Positions 1-8,440 are shown, counted from the first letter of the stretch. The stretch: DNA of 60,655 bases from Gammaproteobacteria bacterium (GCA_007128895.1 SKWO01000032.1:1-60655); one strand, 5' to 3'. Notes: a model not told the origin generated them from the sequence alone. Program-made: numbers and translations.

Positions 1-138
1 CTGATTCAGGTGCTGATTATTCAGCGGTCAGGGTTGATTAACAGTATGATTCCACATTGTTGAATGGTTTGATGGTTGGGCTGGCATTTCTGCTCATGCT
101 TGCAATAGGTCGATTTTTTCAGACTTTTTGTTCGCTGT

Positions 139-402
139 TCAATTGAAAGGATCGTTGCTATCGAACGGGTCGCTGTCGATCAATGAACTCATGCCAAGAC
201 CGCCGTCATCGTGATTCATATCGTGGTGGCTATGCAGGTCTGTCCCATAAGGATTACCCATGCTGTCCACCCCGCCGAGGCCGCCGATCATTGGCAGGCC
301 GGTAGCTGGGTTGATGTGGGTAATCGAATCCTCCGTGGCCATTGTGGTTGGGGTCGTGCTCGACCCAGCGTTGCCAAAAAGCCAGTTTGTGAACCAGTTC
401 AT
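139..402 (-). CDS. Hypothetical small acidic Gly/His/Asp-rich protein (87 aa), orphan
   Basis: Track ORF 139..462. The internal ATG at 402 (MNWFTNWLFGNAG...) is preceded by GGAGGGG with about 3 nt spacing and clears the integrase stop at 431. No TM segment or signal peptide. I recognise no family. Confidence 0.45.
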   Translation of the reverse strand: MNWFTNWLFGNAGSSTTPTTMATEDSITHINPATGLPMIGGLGGVDSMGNPYGTDLHSHHDMNHDDGGLGMSSLIDSDPFDSNDPFN

Positions 403-430
403 GGTCCCCTCCTGTCGGGTGGTTGCTTGG

Positions 431-1633
431 TCAGGGGTGCCCTGCATCTGAGCGTAGTTCATCCAGATAGTCGGCCCAGCGCTGTAGCATCTCGCGGCGC
501 TGAGCCAGGTAAGTTGTCCGGTTGTACGCTCTTCCGTTCGGGTCTCTTACTGCGTGCGCGAGCTGCATCTCGACAACCTCGATAGGATAGTCCAGTCGTT
601 CGACCAGTAGTGTTCGCGCCGTGGCACGAAAGCCGTGGCCGCTCATTTGGTCGATGTATCCGAGTCTGACAAGGGCGGCTCGGACCGTGTTCTCCGACAT
701 CGGGCGATTTTGATCACGCGCGCCGGGGAAGACGTAAGTTCCGCGCCCCGTCAGACATTCGATTTCACGCAGAATGCTGAGGGCCTGGCGCGGCAGTGGA
801 GTGATCATGGGTTGCCCGTTCTTGCTGGGGGTGTACTCCCACTCGCCGGTCTCGAGGTCGAGTGCGGCCCATCGCATCGTGCGCAGCTCAAATGGCCGGA
901 CGAAAACCAGCGGCGCAAGCTGAAGGGCGTAACGGGTGACCGGATGGCCCTGGTAGCAATCCAGTGTCCGTAGGAGTTGCCCGATCTCTTTGGGGTCGGT
1001 AATCGCGGGGTGGTGCCTTGTTTGTGTCGGTTTGAGCAGCCCCTGAAGATCCTGGGCCGGATCACGCTCGCCTCTGCCGGTGGCAATGGCGAAGCGAAAG
1101 ACCTGGCTGCAGAGCGTTTTGACGCGGTGCGCCGTCTCGATTGAGCCGCTGGCCTCGATGTGTCGCAGGGTCTTGAGCAGTTCGGGTGGTGTGATCTCGC
1201 TGATGGGTTGCCGGCCGAGCTGGGGAAAGGCGTGAAGTTCCAGGCGGCGCAGGTTGCGGCCAGCATGCGACGCAGTCACGGCGTGCTGGTGGACGTCCTG
1301 CCACCACTCCCGTGCTATCACCTCAAAGGTGTTTGTGGCCGCCTGCTCGGTGGCCTCTCTTCTGGCTTGTCGGTGCTTGACCGGATCGATGCCCTGCTCG
1401 ACCAGCTTGCGCGCTTCTCCGTGACGGGTGCGCGCCTCAGCCAGTGAGACCTCAGGGTAGCGGCCCAGTGCCAGCTCCTTTTGTTTGCCGGCATGGCGGT
1501 ACCTGTATCGCCAATAGCGACCGTGTTCGTTGACCAGTAGCAGCAGTCCGCCGCCATCAGAAAGTTTCAGTGTCTTGCCCTGGTAGGCAGCGTTCTTGAC
1601 CTCGATGGCCTTCAGTTTGCACAGTGCACGCAT
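431..1633 (-). CDS. int: Tyrosine recombinase / phage integrase, P4-like (DUF4102-type N-terminus)
   Basis: MRALCKLKAIEVKNAAYQGKTLKLSDGGGL...GRYWRYRYRHAGKQKELALGRYPEVSLAEAR is a typical P4-integrase N-domain. The C-terminus carries HGFRATARTLL and LAHAVRDPNGRAYNRTTY (HxxR...Y). Start moved to the ATG at 1633 (AGGAG upstream); codons 1634..1783 of the track ORF look non-coding. Confidence 0.88.
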   Translation of the reverse strand: MRALCKLKAIEVKNAAYQGKTLKLSDGGGLLLLVNEHGRYWRYRYRHAGKQKELALGRYPEVSLAEARTRHGEARKLVEQGIDPVKHRQARREATEQAATNTFEVIAREWWQDVHQHAVTASHAGRNLRRLELHAFPQLGRQPISEITPPELLKTLRHIEASGSIETAHRVKTLCSQVFRFAIATGRGERDPAQDLQGLLKPTQTRHHPAITDPKEIGQLLRTLDCYQGHPVTRYALQLAPLVFVRPFELRTMRWAALDLETGEWEYTPSKNGQPMITPLPRQALSILREIECLTGRGTYVFPGARDQNRPMSENTVRAALVRLGYIDQMSGHGFRATARTLLVERLDYPIEVVEMQLAHAVRDPNGRAYNRTTYLAQRREMLQRWADYLDELRSDAGHP

Positions 1634-1666
1634 CACAAGCTCCTGAGATCGCACCGTTTTCGAGTG

Positions 1667-1766
1667 TTTTGTTGGTACGGAGTAGCTTAACATAGCTCCG
1701 TACCAACAAATATACCAACAACTGACCCCGGATTTTGTTGGACAGGGCTGGATCGGGCTGGACAGG
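1667..1766. repeat. Cluster of short direct and inverted repeats between int and ssrA (candidate recombinase arm-type or regulatory sites)
   Basis: A 14-bp perfect inverted repeat, TTGTTGGTACGGAG (1669-1682) / CTCCGTACCAACAA (1696-1709), has a 13-nt spacer. The TTGTTGG core occurs 4 times (1669, 1735 forward; 1703-1709, 1715-1721 reverse). GGGCTGGA occurs at 1745 and 1755, and TGGACAGG at 1739 and 1759. Confidence 0.6.
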
Positions 1767-1781
1767 ATTGGGTTGTAACTC

Positions 1782-1812
1782 AATGAAAAAAGGGGCCTTT
1801 GTTGGCCCCTTT
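1782..1812 (-). terminator. Intrinsic terminator downstream of ssrA
   Basis: On the minus strand: AAAGGGGCC-AACAAA-GGCCCCTTT followed by TTTCATT, 22 nt after the tmRNA 3' end. Confidence 0.7.
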
Positions 1813-1833
1813 GGACTGCTTTGGAAAGGTAGG

Positions 1834-2203
1834 TGGTGGAGGCGGCGGGAATCGAACCCGCGTCCGAAAGTGCTCCGCCATTGGGACTACATGCTTAGTC
1901 AGGTCATTTGATTTAGCCGCCCGGCCTCCGACTGACAGGATGCGCGGTGGGCGAGTCCGTGGGTTTTAGGACTACGGAGCCGGACGATCCGCAGTACGAT
2001 CCTGTGTTCGATGACCTCTGAGTGGCAGGTTTCCCTACCCCGGGCGCACAGGCACGGCCCGGTCAGAGGCTGGCTGGATTAAGCAGCCAGTGCGTAGTTG
2101 TCGTCGTTGGCAACTATATTGTTTGCAGCTGGATTTACGAGGTCATCTGCGCCTCGGCATGCCCCTCCGGTTTCACGACCCCCGTCGAAGCCAGGTCGCC
2201 CCC
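1834..2203 (-). ncRNA. ssrA: tmRNA (SsrA), 370 nt, tag peptide ANDDNYALAA
   Basis: The 5' end GGGGGCGACCTGGCTTCGACGGGGG and 3' end GGTTCGATTCCCGCCGCCTCCACCA form a tRNA-Ala-like acceptor with G3:U70. The tag ORF GCCAACGACGACAACTACGCACTGGCTGCTTAA is at 2111..2079. smpB lies immediately upstream. Confidence 0.96.
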
Positions 2204-2271
2204 GTTGAGCTTGTTCAACGCTTCCTTAAGTAGACAGTATACCGTGCCGGAGAGTTCCGGGTATATGAAAA

Positions 2272-2748
2272 TTAGCCCTTGCGCAGGATACGCGCCTTTT
2301 CGCGCTGCCAGTCGCGATCCTTTTCGGCTGCGCGCTTGTCATGTTCCTGTTTGCCCTTGGCCAGGGCGATGTCGGCCTTGATCTTGCCGCCTTTCCAGAA
2401 GAGGGAGAGGGGGATCAGGGTGAAGCCCTTGCGCTCGACCTGGCCGATCAGGCGGTTGAGTTCGCTGCGGTGGAGCAGCAGTTTGCGTGATCGGGTGGGG
2501 TCGGCGACGACGTGGGTGCAGGCGCTGTTGAGCGGTGTGATCAAGGCGCCGAAGAGCCACGCTTCGCCGTTCTTGATCAGGACGTGGCTCTCGTTGAGTT
2601 GCACGCGGCCTTCACGCAGGCTCTTGACCTCCCAGCCTTGTAGCGACAGACCGGCCTCGAAGCGTTCTTCGATGTGGTAGTCGTGACGTGCGCGCCGGTT
2701 GACGGCGATGGTGCCGGGTGGGGTCTTCTTTTTGTTCTTGCTGCTCAT
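2272..2748 (-). CDS. smpB: SsrA-binding protein SmpB
   Basis: [48 protein letters not shown]... is canonical SmpB. Start set at the internal ATG at 2748 of track ORF 2272..2808. Confidence 0.93.
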   Translation of the reverse strand: MSSKNKKKTPPGTIAVNRRARHDYHIEERFEAGLSLQGWEVKSLREGRVQLNESHVLIKNGEAWLFGALITPLNSACTHVVADPTRSRKLLLHRSELNRLIGQVERKGFTLIPLSLFWKGGKIKADIALAKGKQEHDKRAAEKDRDWQREKARILRKG

Positions 2749-2760
2749 ACTCGGTATTAT
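2732..2760 (+). promoter_or_regulatory. Candidate sigma-70 promoter for the transporter gene
   Basis: TTGTTC-N17-TATTAT, read by eye in the divergent smpB/transporter region. It overlaps the smpB start. Confidence 0.3.
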
Positions 2761-2834
2761 ACCCGCATGCACCGATTTCATGCGCGCGTTCGGTGGCAGT
2801 GTCAGCACCGATGGAGCGCCTCGGGGGAGAGCGG

Positions 2835-4193
2835 ATGAGCGGACGCGATGCAGTTCATGTTCAGTGGTCGTCGCGCTGGGCCTTTATTCTGGCCGCGACG
2901 GGTTCGGCCGTGGGGCTGGGCAATATCTGGAAGTTTCCCTATATCGCCGGTGAGTACGGCGGCGGTGCCTTCGTCCTGGTCTATCTGCTCTGTATCGCCC
3001 TGATCGGTATTCCGATCATGACCGCGGAGGTGCTGATCGGTCGGCGCGGTCGGCGCAGCCCGGTAGGGGCGCTGGCACGGCTGGCAGTCGAGGGTGGGAT
3101 GAGCCGCCACTGGCGTCTGATCGGCTGGATGGGGATCGTGGCAGGATTTCTGATTCTCTCCTTCTATAGCGTGGTTGCCGGTTGGGCGCTGGCCTACGTC
3201 TTCCAGATGCAGAGTGGGGTCTTCTCCGGGGCCGACAGTGAGCTGGCCGGCGCGCTGTTTACCGATCTGCTGGCCAGCCCGGATCAGTTGATGCTGTGGC
3301 ATACCGTCTTCATGGGTATGACGATCTTTGTGGTGGCACGTGGGGTGCTCAGTGGGCTGGAGCGCGCGGTGACCATCCTGATGCCGCTGTTGCTGGTGCT
3401 GCTGCTGTTGCTGGTCGGCTACGGACTGGCTTCAGGCGGTTTTCCCCAGGCCATTACCTTCATGTTCACCCCCGACTTCAGCAAGCTCACCACCACGGCG
3501 GTGCTGGTGGCGATGGGTCACGCCTTCTTTACCTTGAGTCTTGGGATGGGGGCGATCATGGTCTACGGCTCCTACCTGCCGCAAAGTGCCTCGATACCGA
3601 AGACGGTCGTTACCGTTGGGGTGATGGATACCGTGGTCGCCCTGCTGGCCGGCCTGGCGATCTTCCCGATCGTCTTCTCGCAGGGGATGTCGCCGGCTGA
3701 AGGGCCGGGGCTGATCTTCATGACGCTGCCGGTCGCCTTTGGCAGCATGCCAGGGGGTACCCTGTTTGGCACCCTCTTCTTTATTTTGCTGGTCTTCGCG
3801 GCGTGGACCTCGGCGATCTCGCTGATCGAGCCAGTGACGGCGTGGATGGAAGAGAATACCCGTCTCAGCCGTCCGTTGGCAGCCGGGCTGTGCGGGGGGC
3901 TGGCCTGGCTGCTCGGTATCGGTACGGTGCTCTCGTTCAATCTGTGGCAGGATCACACGTTCATGGGACAGACCTTCTTCGGTGTCCTCGATTTCCTGAC
4001 ATCGAACATCCTGCTGCCGCTCGGTGGGCTGTTGATCGCCATCTTTGCCGGCTGGCTGATGCAGCGCGAGGCGACGCGCGACGAGCTTGGCGTCGGCGAC
4101 GGTATCGCCTACCGGGCCTGGCGGCTGGTGGTGCGCTACCTGGCACCCCTTGGTATCGGGTTGGTTGTTCTGCATGTGATGGGAGTGATCTGA
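2835..4193 (+). CDS. Sodium-dependent transporter, SNF (neurotransmitter:sodium symporter) family
   Basis: [37 protein letters not shown] is the NSS signature, and the protein is multi-TM throughout. The ATG at 2835 is preceded by GGGGGAGA; an alternative ATG is at 2811. Confidence 0.88.
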   Translation: MSGRDAVHVQWSSRWAFILAATGSAVGLGNIWKFPYIAGEYGGGAFVLVYLLCIALIGIPIMTAEVLIGRRGRRSPVGALARLAVEGGMSRHWRLIGWMGIVAGFLILSFYSVVAGWALAYVFQMQSGVFSGADSELAGALFTDLLASPDQLMLWHTVFMGMTIFVVARGVLSGLERAVTILMPLLLVLLLLLVGYGLASGGFPQAITFMFTPDFSKLTTTAVLVAMGHAFFTLSLGMGAIMVYGSYLPQSASIPKTVVTVGVMDTVVALLAGLAIFPIVFSQGMSPAEGPGLIFMTLPVAFGSMPGGTLFGTLFFILLVFAAWTSAISLIEPVTAWMEENTRLSRPLAAGLCGGLAWLLGIGTVLSFNLWQDHTFMGQTFFGVLDFLTSNILLPLGGLLIAIFAGWLMQREATRDELGVGDGIAYRAWRLVVRYLAPLGIGLVVLHVMGVI

Positions 4194-4197
4194 ACCG

Positions 4198-4644
4198 ATG
4201 GCCCATGTGCGCCGCAGCGCGTTGGTCCCATACACCTCGGGCGAGATGTATGCCCTGGTGGACGCGATCGAGCAGTATCCGGCGTTTCTGCCGTGGTGCG
4301 GTGGTGCCCGCGAGCATGAGCGGGATGCCGATACGGTGCGCGCCACGATCGACATTCGCTACGGTGCGTTGAGTCGTTCGTTCACCACGCAGAATCGGTT
4401 GCAGCCGGACAAGATGATCGAGGTGCGGTTGGTGGAGGGGCCGTTTCGCCGGCTGGAAGGCTTCTGGCGTTTCGAGCCGGTGGCGGATCAGGCGTGCCGA
4501 ATCACCCTCGATCTGGAATTCGACTTTGCCGGTCCCTTGGTCAGCATGACACTCGGTGCGGTCTTCTCACAGATCGCCAATACCATGGTCGATGGTTTTA
4601 CCCGACGGGCGGTGGAGGTCTATGGAAAGCGCGAAATCGGCTGA
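4198..4644 (+). CDS. ratA: SRPBCC / RatA-family protein (polyketide-cyclase-like, CoQ-binding type)
   Basis: MAHVRRSALVPYTSGEMYALVDAIEQYPAFLPWC...EGPFRRLEGFWRFEP matches RatA/YfjG. It keeps the conserved position next to rnfH, bamE and smpB. Confidence 0.85.
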   Translation: MAHVRRSALVPYTSGEMYALVDAIEQYPAFLPWCGGAREHERDADTVRATIDIRYGALSRSFTTQNRLQPDKMIEVRLVEGPFRRLEGFWRFEPVADQACRITLDLEFDFAGPLVSMTLGAVFSQIANTMVDGFTRRAVEVYGKREIG

Positions 4645-4969
4645 TTCGTTCAGTGTGGAGGTCGCCTACGCCTTGCCGGAGCGCCAGTCGATCATCGCTC
4701 TGGTGGTCGAGCCGGGCACCACGCTGGAGCAGGCGGTGGTGGCCTCGGGAATTTTGGCGCAGTATCCCGAGATCGACTTGGCTACGGCCAAGACCGGTAT
4801 TTTCGGCCGTCTGGCCAAGCGTGACCAGCCGCTGCGTGCCGGTGACCGGGTCGAGATCTACCGCCCCTTGATCGCCGACCCCAAGGAGGTGCGCCGACAG
4901 CGCGCCGCGCAGGGCAAGGCGATGAAGAAGGGCGGCGGCGGGAGCGAGGAGGCGGGTGAGGCCGTGTGA
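4622..4969 (+). CDS. rnfH: RnfH family (UPF0125) ubiquitin-fold protein
   Basis: ...FSVEVAYALPERQSIIALVVEPGTTLEQAV..GDRVEIYRPLIADPKEVRRQRA is typical RnfH. The ATG at 4622 overlaps the ratA 3' end by 23 nt. Confidence 0.82.
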   Translation: MESAKSADSFSVEVAYALPERQSIIALVVEPGTTLEQAVVASGILAQYPEIDLATAKTGIFGRLAKRDQPLRAGDRVEIYRPLIADPKEVRRQRAAQGKAMKKGGGGSEEAGEAV

Positions 4970-4978
4970 ACGGCGGCC

Positions 4979-5296
4979 TCAGTCGCGACTCTCGATATGG
5001 CTCAGCCGGTCGTCCTCGAAGAAGAGGCTGACGGTGTAATGGCTGCGTTCGCGCGGGCTGTTGTGGGAGAAGGCGACGTAGTCCCAGCGGTCGCTGCGGA
5101 ACGGGTCGGCCAGCTGCGGCGTGCCCATGATGAAGCGTACCTGTTCGCGGGTCATGCCAGGGCGCAATTGGTCGATCATCGTCTGATTGACCACATTGCC
5201 CTGGATAATCTCCGGCTTGTAGATGGCGCAGCCGGTGGTGGCAGCGCTGAGCAGAAGAAGGATTGCAATCGCTCTGAGCGTGAGTGAGATCGTCAT
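4979..5296 (-). CDS. bamE: Outer-membrane protein assembly factor BamE (SmpA/OmlA lipoprotein)
   Basis: Lipobox LLSAATTGC, then IYKPEIIQGNVVNQTMIDQLRPGMTREQVRFIMGTP. Start set at MTISLTL (5296). Divergent from fur, as omlA-fur is in pseudomonads. Confidence 0.88.
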   Translation of the reverse strand: MTISLTLRAIAILLLLSAATTGCAIYKPEIIQGNVVNQTMIDQLRPGMTREQVRFIMGTPQLADPFRSDRWDYVAFSHNSPRERSHYTVSLFFEDDRLSHIESRD

Positions 5297-5329
5297 TCCG
5301 GCCTTGTCCTTTGTGGGCGGTCGGCCCAT

Positions 5330-5340
5330 GATAGCCTATC
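5330..5340. promoter_or_regulatory. 11-bp palindrome GATAGCCTATC, weak candidate Fur box upstream of fur
   Basis: GATAG-C-CTATC lies 35 nt upstream of the fur start. It resembles only the GATAAT/ATTATC hexamer logic. Confidence 0.2.
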
Positions 5341-5374
5341 CGGCACTGGGACGGAATCAGAAGGAGAGTGGCAG

Positions 5375-5806
5375 GTGTCCAGTAGTGATCTGAGAAAGGC
5401 GGGACTGAAAGCGACCCTGCCGCGCATGCGTATCCTGCAGTTGCTGGAGGAGAATTCGCAGCGCCACATGAGCGCCGAGGATGTCTATCGGGCGCTGCTC
5501 GAGGCGGGCGAGGAAGTCGGCATCGCCACCATCTATCGCGTCCTGACCCAGTTCGAGAGTGCCGGCCTGATCACGCGCCACAACTTCGATGGCGGCCACG
5601 CGGTCTACGAGATCGATCAGGGCGACCACCACGACCATATGGTCTGTACCCGCTGCGGCAAGGTGACCGAGTTTTTTGATGAGACGATCGAAAAGCGCCA
5701 GCACGCCATTGCCAGCCAGTACGGCTACGACATGACCGACCACAGCCTCTATATCTTCGGGATCTGTCCCGACTGCCAGAAGGCGCAGGCCGAAAGGCGG
5801 CGCTAG
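5375..5806 (+). CDS. fur: Ferric uptake regulator Fur
   Basis: LRKAGLKATLPRMRILQLL...IATIYRVLTQFESAGLI..HHDHMVCTRCGKVTEF...CPDC. GTG start at 5375 with AAGGAGAG 7 nt upstream. Confidence 0.93.
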   Translation: MSSSDLRKAGLKATLPRMRILQLLEENSQRHMSAEDVYRALLEAGEEVGIATIYRVLTQFESAGLITRHNFDGGHAVYEIDQGDHHDHMVCTRCGKVTEFFDETIEKRQHAIASQYGYDMTDHSLYIFGICPDCQKAQAERRR

Positions 5807-7488
5807 GAGCCGGTCGGATCGACTGCCAGCATCTCTCGGGCGTGGGCTCGGCTCTGTTCGGTGATCTCGACGCCGCCGAGCATTCGGGCGATCTCGTCGA
5901 CTCGGGCGCTCGGCTCGAGTGCCACGATGGTGGTGCAGGTGCTGTCGGCGCTCTGTCGCTTGCTGACCTGTAGGTGGTGGTCGGCCTGGGCCGCGACCTG
6001 AGGCAGGTGGGTGACGCAGAGAACCTGCCGCTCGCTGCCGCCGAGGGCGTGTAGTTGGCGTCCGACGATTTCAGCCACGCCGCCGCCAATGCCGACATCG
6101 ACCTCGTCGAAGATCAGGGTGGGCAGCAGCGCCTGCCCGGCGGAACAGACCTGGATCGCCAGACTGATGCGTGAGAGTTCGCCGCCGGAGGCGACCTTGT
6201 TCAGCGGGCGGGGCGGCTGGCCAGGGTTGGCGGCAACCAGGAATTCGACACTCTCCAGGCCGTGTGGTGGCAGTCCGTCAGCGGGGTCGCGTGGGTGCAG
6301 GGCGATCTCGATGCGTCCGCCGGCCATGCCCAGCCCCTGCATCTGTTCGGTAACCTGTTCGGTCAGGCGGGCTGCCGCCTCCCGGCGTCCCGCGCTCAGC
6401 CGCTCGGCCTGGACCAGATAGTCCTGGTGGTGTTGCACGATGGCCTGGCGCAGCGACTCCAGCTGTTCATCGGCGGCGTCGAGCTGGTCGAGCTCCTGTT
6501 GCAGCGTGGTCAGCAGGTCAGGCAGGTGTTGTGGTTCGACCCGGTGTTTGCGGGCCAGATCGTGGATTTCGCTCAGGCGCTGTTCGACCTCGTGCAGCCG
6601 GGTTGGGTCGAGCTCCTGTCCGCCCAGGTAGCGGCGCAGGCCGGAGACGGCCTCTTCCATCTGGATCAGGGCGCCGTTGAGTAGATCCGGCAGCGCGCCA
6701 AGGCGCTCGTCCAATTCGGCCAGCGCGGCGCACTCACTGGCTGCGCGACCGATCAGCTGGCTGGCGGCGACCTCCTCGCCTTCATCGAGTAGCAGCAGCA
6801 GCTGTTCGCAGCCCTGAATGAGTCGTCCGGCGTTGGCCAGGCGGCAGTGTTCTGCCTCGAGCTGCTCGAGTTCGTCGTGCTGCAGGTCGAGCGCACTCAA
6901 TTCGGTGACGTGGAAGCGCAGCAGGTCGAGGCGTGCCTCCCGATCGTGCTGCGCCTGCTCCAGCCGCTGCAGTTCATCACTGAGTCGGCGCCACTGGCGC
7001 TGGGTGGCGGCGAGCTCGGCGGCAGCCTGGCTCAGGCCGCCGAAGGCGTCGAGCAGCTCCCGTTGTGCCTGGGGGCGCAGCAGTGACTGATGCTCATGCT
7101 GGCCATGCAGGTCGACCAGCCGCTCGCCCAGCTCGCGCAGCGCGGTCAGTGGCTGCGGTTGGCCGTTGATGTAGCCGCGCGAGCGGCCGTCGGCAGAGAC
7201 GGTGCGGCGGATCAGGCAGCGCTCACCGTCGTCGAGTTCGCGTTCGCGTAGCCATGCCAGTACCGTGGGTAGCGCGGCGATGTGAAAGTCGGCGCTGACC
7301 TCGGCCCGGTCGCAGCCCTGGCGCACCATGCCGCTGTCGGCCCGGTCACCCAGGGCCAGACCGATCGCATCGAGCAGGATCGACTTGCCGGCACCGGTCT
7401 CGCCGGTGAGGGCGGTCATGCCGGCGCCGAAGGTCAGCTCCAGCTCGTCGACGATGACAAAGTTGCGGATATGCAGATGGTCAAGCAT
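5803..7488 (-). CDS. recN: DNA repair protein RecN
   Basis: MLDHLHIRNFVIVDELELTFGAGMTALTGETGAGKSILLDAIGLALG (Walker A), long coiled-coil middle, 561 aa. Its start overlaps the nadK stop by 8 nt. Confidence 0.95.
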   Translation of the reverse strand: MLDHLHIRNFVIVDELELTFGAGMTALTGETGAGKSILLDAIGLALGDRADSGMVRQGCDRAEVSADFHIAALPTVLAWLRERELDDGERCLIRRTVSADGRSRGYINGQPQPLTALRELGERLVDLHGQHEHQSLLRPQAQRELLDAFGGLSQAAAELAATQRQWRRLSDELQRLEQAQHDREARLDLLRFHVTELSALDLQHDELEQLEAEHCRLANAGRLIQGCEQLLLLLDEGEEVAASQLIGRAASECAALAELDERLGALPDLLNGALIQMEEAVSGLRRYLGGQELDPTRLHEVEQRLSEIHDLARKHRVEPQHLPDLLTTLQQELDQLDAADEQLESLRQAIVQHHQDYLVQAERLSAGRREAAARLTEQVTEQMQGLGMAGGRIEIALHPRDPADGLPPHGLESVEFLVAANPGQPPRPLNKVASGGELSRISLAIQVCSAGQALLPTLIFDEVDVGIGGGVAEIVGRQLHALGGSERQVLCVTHLPQVAAQADHHLQVSKRQSADSTCTTIVALEPSARVDEIARMLGGVEITEQSRAHAREMLAVDPTGS

Positions 7489-8371
7489 CGGTCAGACGTC
7501 GACCCCAGTGCAGTTTGGCGCGCAGCACGGCGAAGTGGTCGTGGCCGACCGGATGGATCAGGCGCACCGGCCGTTGGGCGCGCTCGACCAGGATATGGTC
7601 ACCGGCGCTCAGGGCGAGGCTGATCTGGCCGTCGCAGGTGGCCTGGGCGTTGTCGTTGCCGCCTGGGTTGACCACGATCTGGATCTGGCTGCTGCCCGGT
7701 ACCACGATTGGCCGGTTGCTCATGGTGTGCGGACAGATCGGTACCAGCACCACCGCATCCATGGTCGGATGGAGGATCGGACCGCCGCCGGAGAGGGCGT
7801 AGGCGGTTGAGCCGGTCGGGGTGGCCACAATCAGACCGTCGGCGTGGGTGCTGTTCAGGTAGACGCCGTCGATCGAGGTCTCCACCGCGATCATCCGTGC
7901 CGCTTCCCACTTGTGCACCACCACGTCGTTGAAGGCGTAGCTGTCGCTGAGCACCTCGCCGCCGCGCACCACGCGGGCATGGAGCAGGGTGCGCTGCTCC
8001 TCATGGTAGTGGCCGGCAAAGATCTCACTCAGGCTCTGTTCCAGGCGGGCGGGAGAGATATCGACCAGAAAGCCGAGCCGGCCAAGGTTGACGCCGAGCA
8101 GGGGCAGGTCGAAGTCGGCCAGACTGCGGGCGGCATTGAGTAGCGTGCCGTCACCACCGATCACTACCACTAGATCGGCCTCTTCGCCAATGCGGTGGCG
8201 ACTGGCGACCTCGACGCCTTCCAGATGGCCGACGGCAGCCGCGGTGTGTTCGTCGAGCAGGAGGGTGCAGCCGTGGTCACGCAGGTGGCTGACGACCCGG
8301 TTGACCGTGTCGCAGACGCTGCTGTCGTTGTACTTGCCGATCAGGCCGACGGTGGTGAAATGCGCTGCCAT
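7481..8371 (-). CDS. nadK: NAD(+) kinase
   Basis: VGLIGKYNDSS...VVVIGGDGTLLNAARS (GGDG motif)...NDVVVHK. ATG at 8371 with GGGAG 8 nt upstream; the track start at 8380 is a GTG alternative. Confidence 0.92.
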   Translation of the reverse strand: MAAHFTTVGLIGKYNDSSVCDTVNRVVSHLRDHGCTLLLDEHTAAAVGHLEGVEVASRHRIGEEADLVVVIGGDGTLLNAARSLADFDLPLLGVNLGRLGFLVDISPARLEQSLSEIFAGHYHEEQRTLLHARVVRGGEVLSDSYAFNDVVVHKWEAARMIAVETSIDGVYLNSTHADGLIVATPTGSTAYALSGGGPILHPTMDAVVLVPICPHTMSNRPIVVPGSSQIQIVVNPGGNDNAQATCDGQISLALSAGDHILVERAQRPVRLIHPVGHDHFAVLRAKLHWGRRLTDA

Positions 8372-8410
8372 CCTGTGCACTCCCGATGCTGATGCTGTCA
8401 GGGACGCCGG

Positions 8411-8439
8411 TTGACACGGCTGCCCCGAGTTGGTAGCTT
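8411..8439 (+). promoter_or_regulatory. Candidate sigma-70 promoter of hrcA
   Basis: TTGACA (8411-8416), N17, TAGCTT (8434-8439), directly abutting the CIRCE element. Confidence 0.5.
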
Positions 8440-8440
8440 T

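Larger units (their letters stand above)
1..1833. mobile_element. Edge of an integrase-bounded genomic island inserted at the 3' end of ssrA; the rest lies beyond the left end of the window
   Basis: A P4-type integrase sits 200 bp downstream of the tmRNA CCA end in the same orientation. I count 51 G+C in nt 1-120 (about 43 percent), against a visibly GC-rich remainder. No second att repeat is visible in the window. Confidence 0.6.

Noticed and set aside
1634-1783. A 50-codon N-terminal extension of the integrase in the track ORF (MSYNPILSSP...).
   Set aside because: The extension runs through the repeat-dense spacer and has no similarity to integrase N-termini. The ATG at 1633 has an AGGAG SD and gives the canonical P4-type start.
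2204-2271. ssrA promoter between smpB and the tmRNA 5' end (TATACT at 2236-2241 on the minus strand).
   Set aside because: There is a -10-like hexamer but no convincing -35 at 16-18 nt. The precursor 5' end is unknown, so no promoter is called.
7489-8440. Expected LexA (SOS) box for recN.
   Set aside because: I found no CTGT-N8-ACAG element by eye. The closest string (CTGACAGCATCAG upstream of nadK) has the wrong spacing. Its absence is reported as a finding, and no site is called.
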